A program made the position numbers and the translations under genes. Under the pieces are notes generated by a model. The model had not been told where the DNA came from. It did not search any database and saw only the letters and a list, made by a program, of their open reading frames with translations. A stretch of DNA of 51,000 bases from Fidelibacterota bacterium. GTDB taxonomy: Bacteria; Fidelibacterota; UBA2242. Shown here one piece after another: positions 16,395-26,306 of the stretch. Numbering within the stretch: position 1 is the first letter of the stretch; each line of letters starts with the position of its first letter. Where the stretch lies: assembly GCA_041645495.1 (NCBI GenBank), contig JBAZPZ010000004.1:1-51000 (forward strand), read 5' to 3'.

Positions 16395-17273
16395 ATGATA
16401 CAAAGCATGACCGGATTCGGGAAAAGTGAAAAACAAACGGAATTTGGAACGTTGATCGTCGATTTGCGCTCCGTCAACAATCGCTACTGCGACGTGGCGA
16501 TCAAGTTACCGGAATTTCTGGAGGTGTATTCGGAAGAAATCAAGCGTCTGCTTTCCGAGAAACTGATGCGCGGACGCATCACGCTTTCGGTTTCGCTCAA
16601 CGGAGCGAGTGAAGAAATCACTCGTCTGAAACTCAACCTGCCGGTCATCCGCCGGTTCTATGATAGTTTAACCGAACTTTCCAGCGAACTTGGCATCGAC
16701 GAGAAGATCAAGATCGAGCATCTTTTGATGTTGACCGACCTGTTCGACATCCATTCGCCGAACGTTGAAGCGGAAAATGTCATCGCCATATTGAAAGAAG
16801 CGCTTGAATCGGCGATCTCCGAACTCAGCGAGATGCGTTTTCGGGAAGGAGATTTTCTTCGGAAGGAACTGGAATTACATCTCGTGGTGATCGGTGAAAA
16901 AGTCTCGGAAATCGAGAAACGCTTCGTTTCCTGCAAAAATGGCTACTTTGAGAAAATGAAGAAAAACCTCAAAGAACTCTGCGCCGACCTGAATTTTGAT
17001 ACAGACCGGGTTTTGCAGGAAGCCGCACTTGCCGCAAAGCGGATCGACATTACCGAAGAGTGCGAACGGCTGAGAAGCCACCTGCATCAATTCAAAAAAT
17101 ATATAGAAGACGACGAACCGTCCGGGAAGAAAATGACTTTTCTGCTTCAGGAAATGAATCGCGAAGCGGCGACGATCGGCTCGAAATCCGAGGAAGCGCG
17201 CATCACGCATTTGGTCGTGCTGGTGAAAGATGAGATTGAAAAAATCAGGGAACAGGCGCAGAACATTTTATGA
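16395..17273 (+). CDS. yicC: YicC-family stress-induced protein (endoribonuclease YicC)
   Basis: MIQSMTGFG...SVNNRY... N-terminus and C-terminal LLQEMNREAATIGSK, both hallmarks of the YicC family. Confidence 0.9.
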   Translation: MIQSMTGFGKSEKQTEFGTLIVDLRSVNNRYCDVAIKLPEFLEVYSEEIKRLLSEKLMRGRITLSVSLNGASEEITRLKLNLPVIRRFYDSLTELSSELGIDEKIKIEHLLMLTDLFDIHSPNVEAENVIAILKEALESAISELSEMRFREGDFLRKELELHLVVIGEKVSEIEKRFVSCKNGYFEKMKKNLKELCADLNFDTDRVLQEAALAAKRIDITEECERLRSHLHQFKKYIEDDEPSGKKMTFLLQEMNREAATIGSKSEEARITHLVVLVKDEIEKIREQAQNIL

Positions 17274-17839
17274 ACGATAAAGGTCTGTTGCTTGCAATAG
17301 CCGGTCCATCCGGAATCGGGAAGACGACGATCTGCCATCAACTGCTTAAAAGCGACGGCAGATATATTTTTTCCGTTTCCTGCACCACGCGCGCATGCCG
17401 GGAAAACGAAACAGACGGCGTCGATTATCATTTCGTCACGCGTGAAGAATTCCAGCGACTCATTTGCGAAGGAAAACTCGCCGAATGGCAGGAAGTCTTC
17501 GGCAATTTTTACGGAACGCTGAGATCGATGATTCAGAAAACGCTCGATCATGGTAATATTCTTCTGCTGGACATCGAAGTCAAAGGCACGCTGAATATTA
17601 AAGCCATGTATCCGAACGATACGATCACGGTCTTTCTTCTGCCGCCCAGCGACGCCGAGTTGAAGCACCGGCTGAAATCGCGCGGCACGGAATGTGAAAA
17701 ATCGATAAAAATCCGCTCCGCCCGCGTCGAAGAAGAGTTGGAACTCGGAAAAAAATTTGATTATCAGGTGACCAATGACGACCTGTATGAAACGGTCAGT
17801 AAAATCAAGAAAATCGTAAATGGAGAGAAAAATATATGA
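17270..17839 (+). CDS. gmk: Guanylate kinase
   Basis: P-loop GPSGIGKTT, CTTRACRENETDGVDYHFV and IEVKG motifs. ATGA overlap with yicC. Confidence 0.95.
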   Translation: MNDKGLLLAIAGPSGIGKTTICHQLLKSDGRYIFSVSCTTRACRENETDGVDYHFVTREEFQRLICEGKLAEWQEVFGNFYGTLRSMIQKTLDHGNILLLDIEVKGTLNIKAMYPNDTITVFLLPPSDAELKHRLKSRGTECEKSIKIRSARVEEELELGKKFDYQVTNDDLYETVSKIKKIVNGEKNI

Positions 17840-18153
17840 CAGAAACGATTCCTTTTTCGAAATTGAGAGAGCAGTCCGAAGACACATTCGAACTCGTCGT
17901 GGCCGCTTCTAAAAGAGCCGGACAGATCAACAACCTGAGAACGGCAAAATATCCGCTCCCAACATTGACGGAAGATCAGGAAGAAACGTTTGAAGAGACG
18001 CCGGAAGAAGAAGAGATGGTCAATTGGGATAAGATGGAAAAGCCGGTGACGTCGGCGGTTAACGAAATGCTCGCCGGTAAAGTTAGCTACCGTTACAGGG
18101 AAGAAGCCAAAGAAACGGTCGCCGAAGAGATGGATATTGATCTTCAGGAATAA
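17836..18153 (+). CDS. rpoZ: DNA-directed RNA polymerase subunit omega
   Basis: 105 aa. FELVVAASKRAGQIN is an RpoZ-like motif. It follows the conserved gmk-rpoZ synteny and has an ATGA overlap with gmk. Confidence 0.8.
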   Translation: MTETIPFSKLREQSEDTFELVVAASKRAGQINNLRTAKYPLPTLTEDQEETFEETPEEEEMVNWDKMEKPVTSAVNEMLAGKVSYRYREEAKETVAEEMDIDLQE

Positions 18154-19330
18154 AAAAATCGTCTTAGGACTTACCGGCGGTATCGCCATTTACAAGTCCG
18201 CCTCATTGCTCCGGCGTCTGGTGAATGACGAAGGCGCTGACGTGACGGTCGTGATGACGAAATCCGCCCAGCAGTTCATGTCGCCGCTGATCTTTGAAAC
18301 ATTCAGCGGAAAGCCGGTTCTGACGGACATGTTCGACGGAATCCGCATCTCGACGCGGCATGTCGATTTGGCGACGGCGGCCGATGCTATTCTGGTTGCA
18401 CCCGCGACTGCGAATATCGTCGCAAAGACCGCGAACGGCATTGCGGACGATTTCCTGAGTACGCTCATTCTGACCGGCGGCAATAAAACGATCTTTGCGC
18501 TGGCGATGAACGACAACATGTTCGCAAATCCCATCACGCAGGCAAATATCCAAAAACTCCGCGATCTTGGATACGGATTGATCGAGCCGGAAACCGGAGA
18601 TTTGGCATGTCATACCACCGGAAAAGGTCGTCTGGCAGACGAATCGACGATCCTTGATTATCTGGATCGGCGACTGAACGGAAGCGGATTGCTGGCAGGA
18701 AAACGGGTGATCGTAACCGCCGGAGCGACGCGTGAATTTATCGATCCGGTTCGGTTCGTTTCCAACAAATCCACGGGAAAAATGGGTTTTGCGCTGGCAA
18801 AGGAAGCCGCAAAGCAAGGCGCAGACGTTCTGCTGATTTCGGGTGCGACATCTGCTCCGGTTCCGACGGAAATTCATACCATCCGGGTAGAATCGGCAAA
18901 GCAGATGGAAAAAATACTCGTTGAAAATGCCGGTTCAGCGGATTTTCTATTCATGGCCGCCGCCGTGGAAGATTTTTGTCCCGCAAAGATTTCCGACGAG
19001 AAGATCAAGAAAAACGATGCGCCGGACCAATTATCTCTGAGTATTTCGCCCGACCTGATAGTTTCTTTCCGGAAGATGAACGAGAAAGCGTGCGTTGTTG
19101 GCTTCAGTGTCGAAACAACCGATGGGAAAGCCCGTTCGGCGGATAAAATGAACCGAAAAAAAATGGATTTCGTCGTCTGGAACGATCCGTCGAAATCCGG
19201 AGTCGGATTCGAGAGCGACACCAACGAGGCGACGATGCTCGGACGAAATGAAAAAGAGTGGTTTTTCCCCAAAACGACCAAGCGCGAAATCACCGCGCAG
19301 ATCATTCAAACCGTTGTGGAGAATCGCTGA
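18137..19330 (+). CDS. coaBC: Bifunctional phosphopantothenoylcysteine decarboxylase / phosphopantothenate-cysteine ligase
   Basis: 397 aa. It has the flavoprotein N-domain (GLTGGIAIYK, PATANIVAK) and the CoaB C-domain (VTAGATREFIDPVRFVSNKSTGKMG). TTG start overlaps rpoZ by 17 nt. Confidence 0.95.
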   Translation: MIFRNKKIVLGLTGGIAIYKSASLLRRLVNDEGADVTVVMTKSAQQFMSPLIFETFSGKPVLTDMFDGIRISTRHVDLATAADAILVAPATANIVAKTANGIADDFLSTLILTGGNKTIFALAMNDNMFANPITQANIQKLRDLGYGLIEPETGDLACHTTGKGRLADESTILDYLDRRLNGSGLLAGKRVIVTAGATREFIDPVRFVSNKSTGKMGFALAKEAAKQGADVLLISGATSAPVPTEIHTIRVESAKQMEKILVENAGSADFLFMAAAVEDFCPAKISDEKIKKNDAPDQLSLSISPDLIVSFRKMNEKACVVGFSVETTDGKARSADKMNRKKMDFVVWNDPSKSGVGFESDTNEATMLGRNEKEWFFPKTTKREITAQIIQTVVENR

Positions 19331-19336
19331 CGACTG

Positions 19337-20032
19337 ATGAATGAATTCCGAAAAAAACTGACAGACTATTTTAGACAGCAGGGCGAACTTTATTCGTCCG
19401 AATACTTTTTTGATGAAATGCCGGGAATTCTTCGATCGCGACCGGACGATTCTCCGACGAGCGAAAGATTTTTGTCGGATTTTCACCAACTTGACGAAGA
19501 AGCGAAAAAGTGCATTGCCTGCGAACTGGCTCAGACACGCAAGCACGTCGTTTTTGGCGACGGAAATCCAAACACCAGCCTGCTGTTCATCGGCGAAGCG
19601 CCGGGCGAGAATGAAGATTTGCAGGGCAAACCATTCGTTGGAAGAGCGGGAAAATTATTGGACGATCTTCTGAAGGAGATCGGGCTGAACCGGACGCATG
19701 TCTATATTGCTAATATCATCAAGTGCCGTCCGCCTGGAAATCGCCAGCCGGTACCGATAGAAGTCAATGCGTGTATCCAATTTTTATTGCGTCAGATCGA
19801 ACTCATTCAGCCGCGACTGATCGTCTGCCTCGGTTTGGTTGCGGCAAAATCGCTTTTAAAACTCGATCTTCCTCTCAACCGGATGCGCAATCAGGTGTTC
19901 AATTTTCAAAGTGTCGATACGATGGTAACTTATCATCCGGCGGCCATTCTTCGGAACATCAATCTGATGGACGTGGCGCGGGAAGATTTTGAAAAGATCA
20001 AACAAATTTATCATGAAAAGTCAGGGAGTTGA
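19337..20032 (+). CDS. Uracil-DNA glycosylase, family 4
   Basis: GEAPGENEDLQGKPFVGRAGKLLD and HPAAILR motifs, plus Cys residues for the Fe-S cluster (CIACELA..., ...IIKCRPP...). Confidence 0.9.
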   Translation: MNEFRKKLTDYFRQQGELYSSEYFFDEMPGILRSRPDDSPTSERFLSDFHQLDEEAKKCIACELAQTRKHVVFGDGNPNTSLLFIGEAPGENEDLQGKPFVGRAGKLLDDLLKEIGLNRTHVYIANIIKCRPPGNRQPVPIEVNACIQFLLRQIELIQPRLIVCLGLVAAKSLLKLDLPLNRMRNQVFNFQSVDTMVTYHPAAILRNINLMDVAREDFEKIKQIYHEKSGS

Positions 20033-21420
20033 CTGTGGCACAAAAAGACGGTGAATATCTAAAAGTTCCGCCGCACGCCGATGAAGCGGAAATTTCAGTG
20101 CTGGGCGCCATGATGCTCGAAAAGGAAGCCGTGAGCAAAACGATCCAATATCTGGACCACACGGCGTTCTATAAAGAAGCCAACCAGACGATTTTTCGCG
20201 TCATGGTCGAATTGTTCAACGAAGGCGAACCGATCGATCAGGTCAGCGTCGTCGATCGTTTGAAACGGAACAAATTGCTGGATAGAGCCGGCGGGGCGTA
20301 TTATCTGACCGGATTGATCGAGGCGACGCCATCTGCCGCCAACGTCGAATATTACGCGAAATTGGTGCTCGAAAAATCGCTTCTGCGGAAATTGATTCTC
20401 TCGTCGAATGAGATTCAGGAAGAGGCGTACGACGCCAAAGAATCGGCGGAAGAAATTATCGACTCTGCCGAGCAGAAAATCTTTGCTCTGTCCGAAAATA
20501 AAATGCGCCGCGGCTTTAAGAATTTCAACGATGTCCTGAATCAGACATTCGAGCATTTAGACACGATTCACAATAAAGCCGGACACACGACGGGCGTTCC
20601 GACCGGATTGATCTTGCTGGACGACCTGACATCCGGATTTCATCCGGGAGAATTGATCATCCTTGCGGGAAGGCCGGGAATGGGTAAAACGGCGCTGGCG
20701 CTGACCATCGCGCGAAACGCCGCCGTCGAATACAAAACACCAGTCGGCATTTTCAGTCTGGAAATGTCGGACTGGCAGTTAGCGATGCGACTTTTATGTG
20801 CCGAAGCAAAGGTGGACAGCCATCTAGTACGCACACGGAAATTGCCGCAGGATCAGTGGGGCAGACTCAGCACATCGGTCGGAAAACTCCAGAATGCGCC
20901 GATTTTCATCGACGATTCGCCGACCTTGACGGCAATAGAAATCCGTGCGAAAGCGCGTCGGTTGAAAGCTGAGCACGACATTCAGATGATCATTGTCGAT
21001 TATCTCCAGCTCGTCCGCGGACATCAGGCGGAGAACCGCCAACAGGAAATCACGGAGATCACGCGAAGCCTGAAAGCGCTATCGAAAGAAATCAATGTTC
21101 CGGTCATCGCGCTTTCACAGTTGTCCCGCGCGGTCGAAACCCGCGGTGGCGATCATCGGCCACAACTTTCGGATTTGAGAGAAAGCGGCGCCATCGAGCA
21201 GGATGCCGACGTCGTAATCTTCATCTACAGGAAAATGTATTACGAGAAAAAAGACACCGCGGACGATAGAATGCCTTCCGAGGAGCATGCAATAGCCGAG
21301 ATCATCGTCGAAAAACAGCGTAACGGTCCACAGGGAACCGTCAAGGTTGTCTTTATCGACAAATACACGCGCTTCGAGAACATGAGCATGAAGGAACAAT
21401 CCGCGGAATCGCCTTTCTGA
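20029..21420 (+). CDS. dnaB: Replicative DNA helicase DnaB
   Basis: PPHADEAEISVLGAMML N-terminus, Walker A GRPGMGKTA, and SQLSRAVE...DLRESGAIEQDADVV. TTG start overlaps the UDG stop (TTGA). Confidence 0.95.
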   Translation: MTVAQKDGEYLKVPPHADEAEISVLGAMMLEKEAVSKTIQYLDHTAFYKEANQTIFRVMVELFNEGEPIDQVSVVDRLKRNKLLDRAGGAYYLTGLIEATPSAANVEYYAKLVLEKSLLRKLILSSNEIQEEAYDAKESAEEIIDSAEQKIFALSENKMRRGFKNFNDVLNQTFEHLDTIHNKAGHTTGVPTGLILLDDLTSGFHPGELIILAGRPGMGKTALALTIARNAAVEYKTPVGIFSLEMSDWQLAMRLLCAEAKVDSHLVRTRKLPQDQWGRLSTSVGKLQNAPIFIDDSPTLTAIEIRAKARRLKAEHDIQMIIVDYLQLVRGHQAENRQQEITEITRSLKALSKEINVPVIALSQLSRAVETRGGDHRPQLSDLRESGAIEQDADVVIFIYRKMYYEKKDTADDRMPSEEHAIAEIIVEKQRNGPQGTVKVVFIDKYTRFENMSMKEQSAESPF

Positions 21421-23600
21421 TGCCAACTCCATTCATCTCAAAAGTTTTCTCGAAGGAGGACAAACGACCGCAGAAATTCTATACGCTTGTCCGTAACACA
21501 GACGCCGAAAAAATCTTTTCTGACGCAGATGAAGACTTTCTCTGGGAGGTGTATGTATTTGCGCGGGAAGCGCACCGCGGACAGTTGAGGAAATCGGGCG
21601 AACCTTATTTCGAACATCCGTACGCCACGGCGAAAATCCTTACCGACCTCGGAATGGATCCCGTTACGATCGCTGGCGGACTTCTGCACGACGTCATCGA
21701 AGACACGGGCATCCGGTACGAAGATGTCGAGAAAGAATTTGGTCCCGATGTCGCCAAACTCGTTGAAGGCATCACGAAAATTTCCGGTATCACCTTTCGC
21801 AACCGGCAGGAAGAGCAGGCGGACAATTTCCGGAAAATGTTGCTCAGCGTCGCCGAAGATATCCGGGTGCTGATCATCAAACTGGCCGACCGTCTGCACA
21901 ACATGCAGACGCTCGAATCTCTGCCGCCGATCAAGCAGAGACGCATCGCCATCGAAACGCGCGACGTTTACGCTCCGCTCGCTCATCGGCTGGGCATGTA
22001 TAAGATCAAGTCCGATATGGAAGATCTCGTTCTGAAAACGCTGGATCCGGACGCTTACAAATTTTTACTAAAGAAAGTCAAGGATAAGAAAAGCGAGCGG
22101 GAAAAATATCTCCAAACCTTCATCGAGCCGCTACAGAAAGCGCTGGCAGATCAACCGTTCAAGGCGCGAATCTTCGGACGGACGAAGAACTTCTATTCCA
22201 TTTATAAAAAAATGAAAACGCGGAACAAGCCGTTCGAAGAGATCTACGATCTGTTTGCGCTCCGCGTCATCGTCGATACCAAAGAAAACTGCTATACCGT
22301 TCTCGGAATCGTCCACGAACTCTTCAATCCGATCATGGACAGATTCAAAGATTATATCGCCAGTCATAAAGCGAATTATTATCAATCGATTCACACGACG
22401 GTTTACGGACCGGGCGGTCGGTTGGTCGAAATTCAGATTCGGACGGAAGAGATGAACGAAATCGCCGAGGAAGGCATCGCGGCACACTGGCGCTACAAGG
22501 AAGGCCGGAAAAAACCGGACGAAGTCGATCAATACGTCAAATGGCTTCGCGATCTGATCGAAGTGCTCAAGACGGAATCGGCTGGTCCGAAAGATTTCAT
22601 GGACACGTTGAAGATCGATCTGTTCAAGGACGAGATTTTTGTGTTTACGCCGATGGGTGATTTGATTCGTCTGCCCAAAAGCGCGACGCCGATCGATTTT
22701 GCATTTGAAGTTCACACGGCAGTCGGTTACCGCGCGATCGGCGCCAAAGTGGACGGAAAAATGGTGCCGCTGAATTCGGAGTTGAAAAGCGGACAGACGG
22801 TCGAGATCATCACGTCCGAAGCGCATCATCCCAGCTACGCCTGGCTGAAGTTCGTCAAAACATCGAAGGCGATCGGCGCCATCAAGCGGTGGGTTCACAA
22901 AACCCAGTACGAAGAAAGCGTCAAACTTGGCAAGGAAATCCTCGAAAAGGAAAACCAGCGCAACAAGAATTTGCGATTTCTGAAAACCGTTCAGGAATCC
23001 AGAGAATCGCTTGGCTATCCGGACATCAACAAACTTTACGCGGCGGTCGGCGCCGGGAATCTGACGGTTACGTCGATTTTCAACAAACTCTTTCCGCAGG
23101 AACAGCCGGAAAAAACGGAAAAAGACTACGACGCGATCTTCCTCGAAACGGCGCGAAAAAACATCCGCGGGATCAAAGTTCACGGTATCAGCGACCTCAT
23201 GGTTTCTTACGCCAAATGCTGTAATCCGATTCCGGGCGATCCGATTCTCGGATATGTCAGCCGCGGACGCGGTATCATCGTTCATCGAAGCGATTGCAAC
23301 AATCTGCCGGTTCTGCTGGAAGAGAGTGAGCGGATGCTGAATGTCGAATGGGACGTTGACCGCAATCAGTCGTTTTATGCTTATCTGAAAATCATGGGGC
23401 AGGAGCGGAAGAACTTTCTCAAAGATATTACCGAAATTATTTCATCCACCGATACCAATATCGTCAGTATCGACGGAAAAGTGGATGACACGATCATTCA
23501 TATTTCACTGGTTGTTCAGGTCGAGAATGTCAAACATCTGAACAAAGTGATCATGAAGTTGCAAAACGTACAGGGTATGATTTCAATCGAACGAAAATAA
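21420..23600 (+). CDS. rel: Bifunctional (p)ppGpp synthetase/hydrolase, RelA/SpoT family
   Basis: 726 aa. It has an HD hydrolase domain (GEPYFEHP...LLHDVIEDT), a synthetase domain (GRTKNFYSIYKKM...DLFALRVIV...YQSIHT), a TGS domain and a C-terminal ACT domain. Confidence 0.95.
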   Translation: MPTPFISKVFSKEDKRPQKFYTLVRNTDAEKIFSDADEDFLWEVYVFAREAHRGQLRKSGEPYFEHPYATAKILTDLGMDPVTIAGGLLHDVIEDTGIRYEDVEKEFGPDVAKLVEGITKISGITFRNRQEEQADNFRKMLLSVAEDIRVLIIKLADRLHNMQTLESLPPIKQRRIAIETRDVYAPLAHRLGMYKIKSDMEDLVLKTLDPDAYKFLLKKVKDKKSEREKYLQTFIEPLQKALADQPFKARIFGRTKNFYSIYKKMKTRNKPFEEIYDLFALRVIVDTKENCYTVLGIVHELFNPIMDRFKDYIASHKANYYQSIHTTVYGPGGRLVEIQIRTEEMNEIAEEGIAAHWRYKEGRKKPDEVDQYVKWLRDLIEVLKTESAGPKDFMDTLKIDLFKDEIFVFTPMGDLIRLPKSATPIDFAFEVHTAVGYRAIGAKVDGKMVPLNSELKSGQTVEIITSEAHHPSYAWLKFVKTSKAIGAIKRWVHKTQYEESVKLGKEILEKENQRNKNLRFLKTVQESRESLGYPDINKLYAAVGAGNLTVTSIFNKLFPQEQPEKTEKDYDAIFLETARKNIRGIKVHGISDLMVSYAKCCNPIPGDPILGYVSRGRGIIVHRSDCNNLPVLLEESERMLNVEWDVDRNQSFYAYLKIMGQERKNFLKDITEIISSTDTNIVSIDGKVDDTIIHISLVVQVENVKHLNKVIMKLQNVQGMISIERK

Positions 23601-23601
23601 C

Positions 23602-23607
23602 AGGAGG
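23602..23607 (+). promoter_or_regulatory. Shine-Dalgarno site (AGGAGG) for the IHF/HU-like gene
   Basis: AGGAGG lies 7 nt upstream of ATG 23615. Confidence 0.6.
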
Positions 23608-23614
23608 TTTTTTT

Positions 23615-23962
23615 ATGAAATTCAAGACGTACACGAAAAAAGACGTCGTCAGGTGGACTGCGAAGAGATTGGATACCAAGATTTTCGACACCGAGACAAT
23701 CGTTGACGGCGTTTTTCAGACGTTACGGGAAATGCTGAGCGAAGACGAAAAGAATCTGCGTATCGAAATCCGAAACTTTGGCGTTTTTGAAGTGAAACCG
23801 ACGAAGGCAAAACCCAAAGCCCGCAACCCGCGCACCAACGAAATCGTCTATGTTCCTCCGAGAAGAAAGACGCACTTCAAACCGGGCAAACTGATCAAAG
23901 CGTCGCTGAAGTCTCCGGGCGACACCAAGAAAAATAACGAACTGTCGCTGTTCGGCGAATAA
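23615..23962 (+). CDS. HU/IHF-family DNA-binding protein (integration host factor-like)
   Basis: 115 aa. IRNFGVFEVKPTKAKPKARNPRTNEIVYVPPRRKTHFKPGK is the DNA-binding beta-arm of the IHF/HU fold. Confidence 0.85.
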   Translation: MKFKTYTKKDVVRWTAKRLDTKIFDTETIVDGVFQTLREMLSEDEKNLRIEIRNFGVFEVKPTKAKPKARNPRTNEIVYVPPRRKTHFKPGKLIKASLKSPGDTKKNNELSLFGE

Positions 23963-23967
23963 GCCCC

Positions 23968-23988
23968 GAACTTCAGCGAAGTTATTTT
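23968..23988 (+). terminator. Weak candidate intrinsic terminator after the IHF/HU-like gene
   Basis: AACTTC-AGC-GAAGTT hairpin (6 bp stem, 3 nt loop) followed by ATTTT. The short, AT-rich stem keeps confidence low. Confidence 0.3.
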
Positions 23989-24035
23989 CATCGGATTTGT
24001 CTAAACGCCGGCTGACGCCGCAGATGGAGAATTGA

Positions 24036-25631
24036 ATGACGCTTCTTCGACCCAATTGTTCCAACTTCCGTGATTTTCTCAGGAAAACGCCTTCGTTCGT
24101 CTGGATTATTCTATCCGGATTGCTGACGTTCGCGGCATTTCCGCCATTGCCGCTCGGTTTTCTGGCATACGTCAGCCTGATACCGTTTATCTACGCGCTG
24201 AGAAAGGACGATTTTCACCTCGGAATGGAAAAAGGATTCATCTTCGGAATTATCCTGAATTTGGGCATTCTATTCTGGCTCGCGCTCAACGAAGGTACGC
24301 AATGGTACTGGGCGACGCTATCGATGTTGTCCGGCGTGCTGTTTTTATCGCTGAACTACGCGGCGATCGGACTGATCGTCGGAATCATTGGACGGCGCCT
24401 CGGGAAGAACATCGGCGTTCTCTCGGTTCCATTCGTCTGGATTGCCGTCGAATATTTACGCTCGTTCGGGGCGATGGGATTCACGTGGAATAATCTCTGT
24501 TACACACAAGCGTATGCCGTTCAGCTGATCCAGATGGCCAGCGTCGTCGGTTCCGGTGGAATCGGTTTCTGGATCGTCGCGATCAATGTGCTGATCTATT
24601 TCGTTCTATCCGGAAATGTCCGCAGTAAGAAAACGCCGGTTCTGTTGTCTGTTTTATTTTTGATGTTTTTTATCCCGGAAACATACGGCCTTCTGCGGCT
24701 GAAATCGGCCGGTTCGTCTGCGGAAAAACGGGTCGCGCATGTCGGACTGATCCAGCCGAACGTCGATCCGACCCAGAAATGGGAGCATCACTCCTTTCAT
24801 CGCAACATGCAACTGCTTCACGATCTGACGGATTCTGTCGCGGTGAAGCCTTTGGATCTGGTCGTCTGGCCGGAAACCGCTACGCCGACTTTTTTACGAC
24901 AGGATCGGAGAGGCGCGCTGACCGACATCATTTCGCACATCACGCGGCTCAATGTTTCGCTCCTGACGGGCACACCGGATTTCGAATGGCTCAACGAAGA
25001 TGATTACGAAGTATTCAACTCAACGTTTTTATTGAGACCGAATTCATATGAGATCGAAGATTACAGGAAGATCAAACTCGTTCCTTTTGGCGAGTACATT
25101 CCGCTTTCCGACCTGTTTCCCGAATTGGATAATTTGAACCTCGGACAGGGGAACTTTAAGGCGGGAAAGGCGGTAAACGTATTCCGGATTCCATTGAAAG
25201 TCGATCGGTCGGTCAAATCGGACAGCACGCTTGGATTTACAACGGTCGTCTGTTACGAATCGACGTTTCCGTCCATCATTCGTGAAGGAGCGAAAAAGGG
25301 CTCCGAGCTTCTTGTCATCGTTTCAAACGACGCGTGGTTCGGTTACACGACGGCGCCATTTCTGCATGCGGAGATTTCCAGATTCCGGGCGATCGAGAAC
25401 GGCATTCCGGTTGTCCGTTCCGCGAATACCGGGATTTCATTGATTTTTGATTCCCGCGGCAGGGAAATCTGCCGGAAAGGATTCGGCGAAAAGGGATGGT
25501 TAGACGCGGTAATCGAACAGGGAGAGCCAACGACGCCGTATGTCCGATTCGGCGATTGGGTGGCTCTGCTTTGCGTCGTGATTTCGGCTGGAACGATCGT
25601 GGTCGCTTTAATCAAGAAAAGAGGAATATGA
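24036..25631 (+). CDS. lnt: Apolipoprotein N-acyltransferase
   Basis: 531 aa. It has a polytopic N-terminus and a C-terminal CN-hydrolase domain with the VVWPE and VVCYES (catalytic Cys) motifs. Confidence 0.9.
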   Translation: MTLLRPNCSNFRDFLRKTPSFVWIILSGLLTFAAFPPLPLGFLAYVSLIPFIYALRKDDFHLGMEKGFIFGIILNLGILFWLALNEGTQWYWATLSMLSGVLFLSLNYAAIGLIVGIIGRRLGKNIGVLSVPFVWIAVEYLRSFGAMGFTWNNLCYTQAYAVQLIQMASVVGSGGIGFWIVAINVLIYFVLSGNVRSKKTPVLLSVLFLMFFIPETYGLLRLKSAGSSAEKRVAHVGLIQPNVDPTQKWEHHSFHRNMQLLHDLTDSVAVKPLDLVVWPETATPTFLRQDRRGALTDIISHITRLNVSLLTGTPDFEWLNEDDYEVFNSTFLLRPNSYEIEDYRKIKLVPFGEYIPLSDLFPELDNLNLGQGNFKAGKAVNVFRIPLKVDRSVKSDSTLGFTTVVCYESTFPSIIREGAKKGSELLVIVSNDAWFGYTTAPFLHAEISRFRAIENGIPVVRSANTGISLIFDSRGREICRKGFGEKGWLDAVIEQGEPTTPYVRFGDWVALLCVVISAGTIVVALIKKRGI

Positions 25632-26299
25632 AAAGAGTCATCGGTATTCTCATATTGGTCGTTTTTCTGGGTAAGTTCGCATATCCGGAAACACAGACCG
25701 TCACGGATTCGTCTGTCGCGCTTCCGCAGTTGTCTCTTCAGCAAGCCAGAAAAACGTTCCTCAAATCGCTGGTTCTTCCCGGCTGGGGCGAACATAGCCT
25801 CGGCAATCACCGGCGCGGATACGGTTTCAACAGTGCTGAAGTCCTTTGCTGGATCGCTTATGCCGCTTTTCAAATTCAGGGAAAAACGCTGAAAGAAAAT
25901 ATGAAAGCCTATGCCGCCGAACACGCGGGCGTTTATCCGAAGGGAAAGGACGATTACTACTTCACCGATATCGGCAATTACATGAATATCTTCGAGTACA
26001 ATGAGCAGAAACTCCGAAACCGGCAGTACGAATCGCTCTATCCCGAAAACGCCAAATATTACTGGGCCTGGGACAGCGACAATTCCCGGAAAAAATTCGA
26101 TCGTCTGCGGGTTCGCAGCAGTTCCGCGTTAAGAAATTCCACATTCGCCATCGGCGCGCTCGTCGCCAACCGGATCATTAGTGTCATCGACGTCATGATC
26201 CTGACGAAAGATCGCGTCGAGAAAACCGGACCGGACTTTGACGCGACTTTTTTACCGCTACGGGAAGGTCTTGAGTTGCAATTGAATTTGAATTTTTAG
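25628..26299 (+). CDS. Hypothetical secreted/envelope protein
   Basis: Start MKRVIGILILVVFLGKFAYP at ATG 25628 (ATGA overlap with the lnt stop). The track start at 25496 lies inside lnt. It contains an LPGWGEH motif and ends ...LELQLNLNF. I recognise no family. Confidence 0.6.
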   Translation: MKRVIGILILVVFLGKFAYPETQTVTDSSVALPQLSLQQARKTFLKSLVLPGWGEHSLGNHRRGYGFNSAEVLCWIAYAAFQIQGKTLKENMKAYAAEHAGVYPKGKDDYYFTDIGNYMNIFEYNEQKLRNRQYESLYPENAKYYWAWDSDNSRKKFDRLRVRSSSALRNSTFAIGALVANRIISVIDVMILTKDRVEKTGPDFDATFLPLREGLELQLNLNF

Positions 26300-26306
26300 G
26301 AAATAC

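Noticed and set aside
23968-23988. Treating the hairpin after the IHF/HU-like gene as a firm terminator.
   Set aside because: I kept it only as a low-confidence feature. The stem is 6 bp and AT-rich, the U-tract is short, and lnt follows 48 nt later on the same strand, so read-through is likely.
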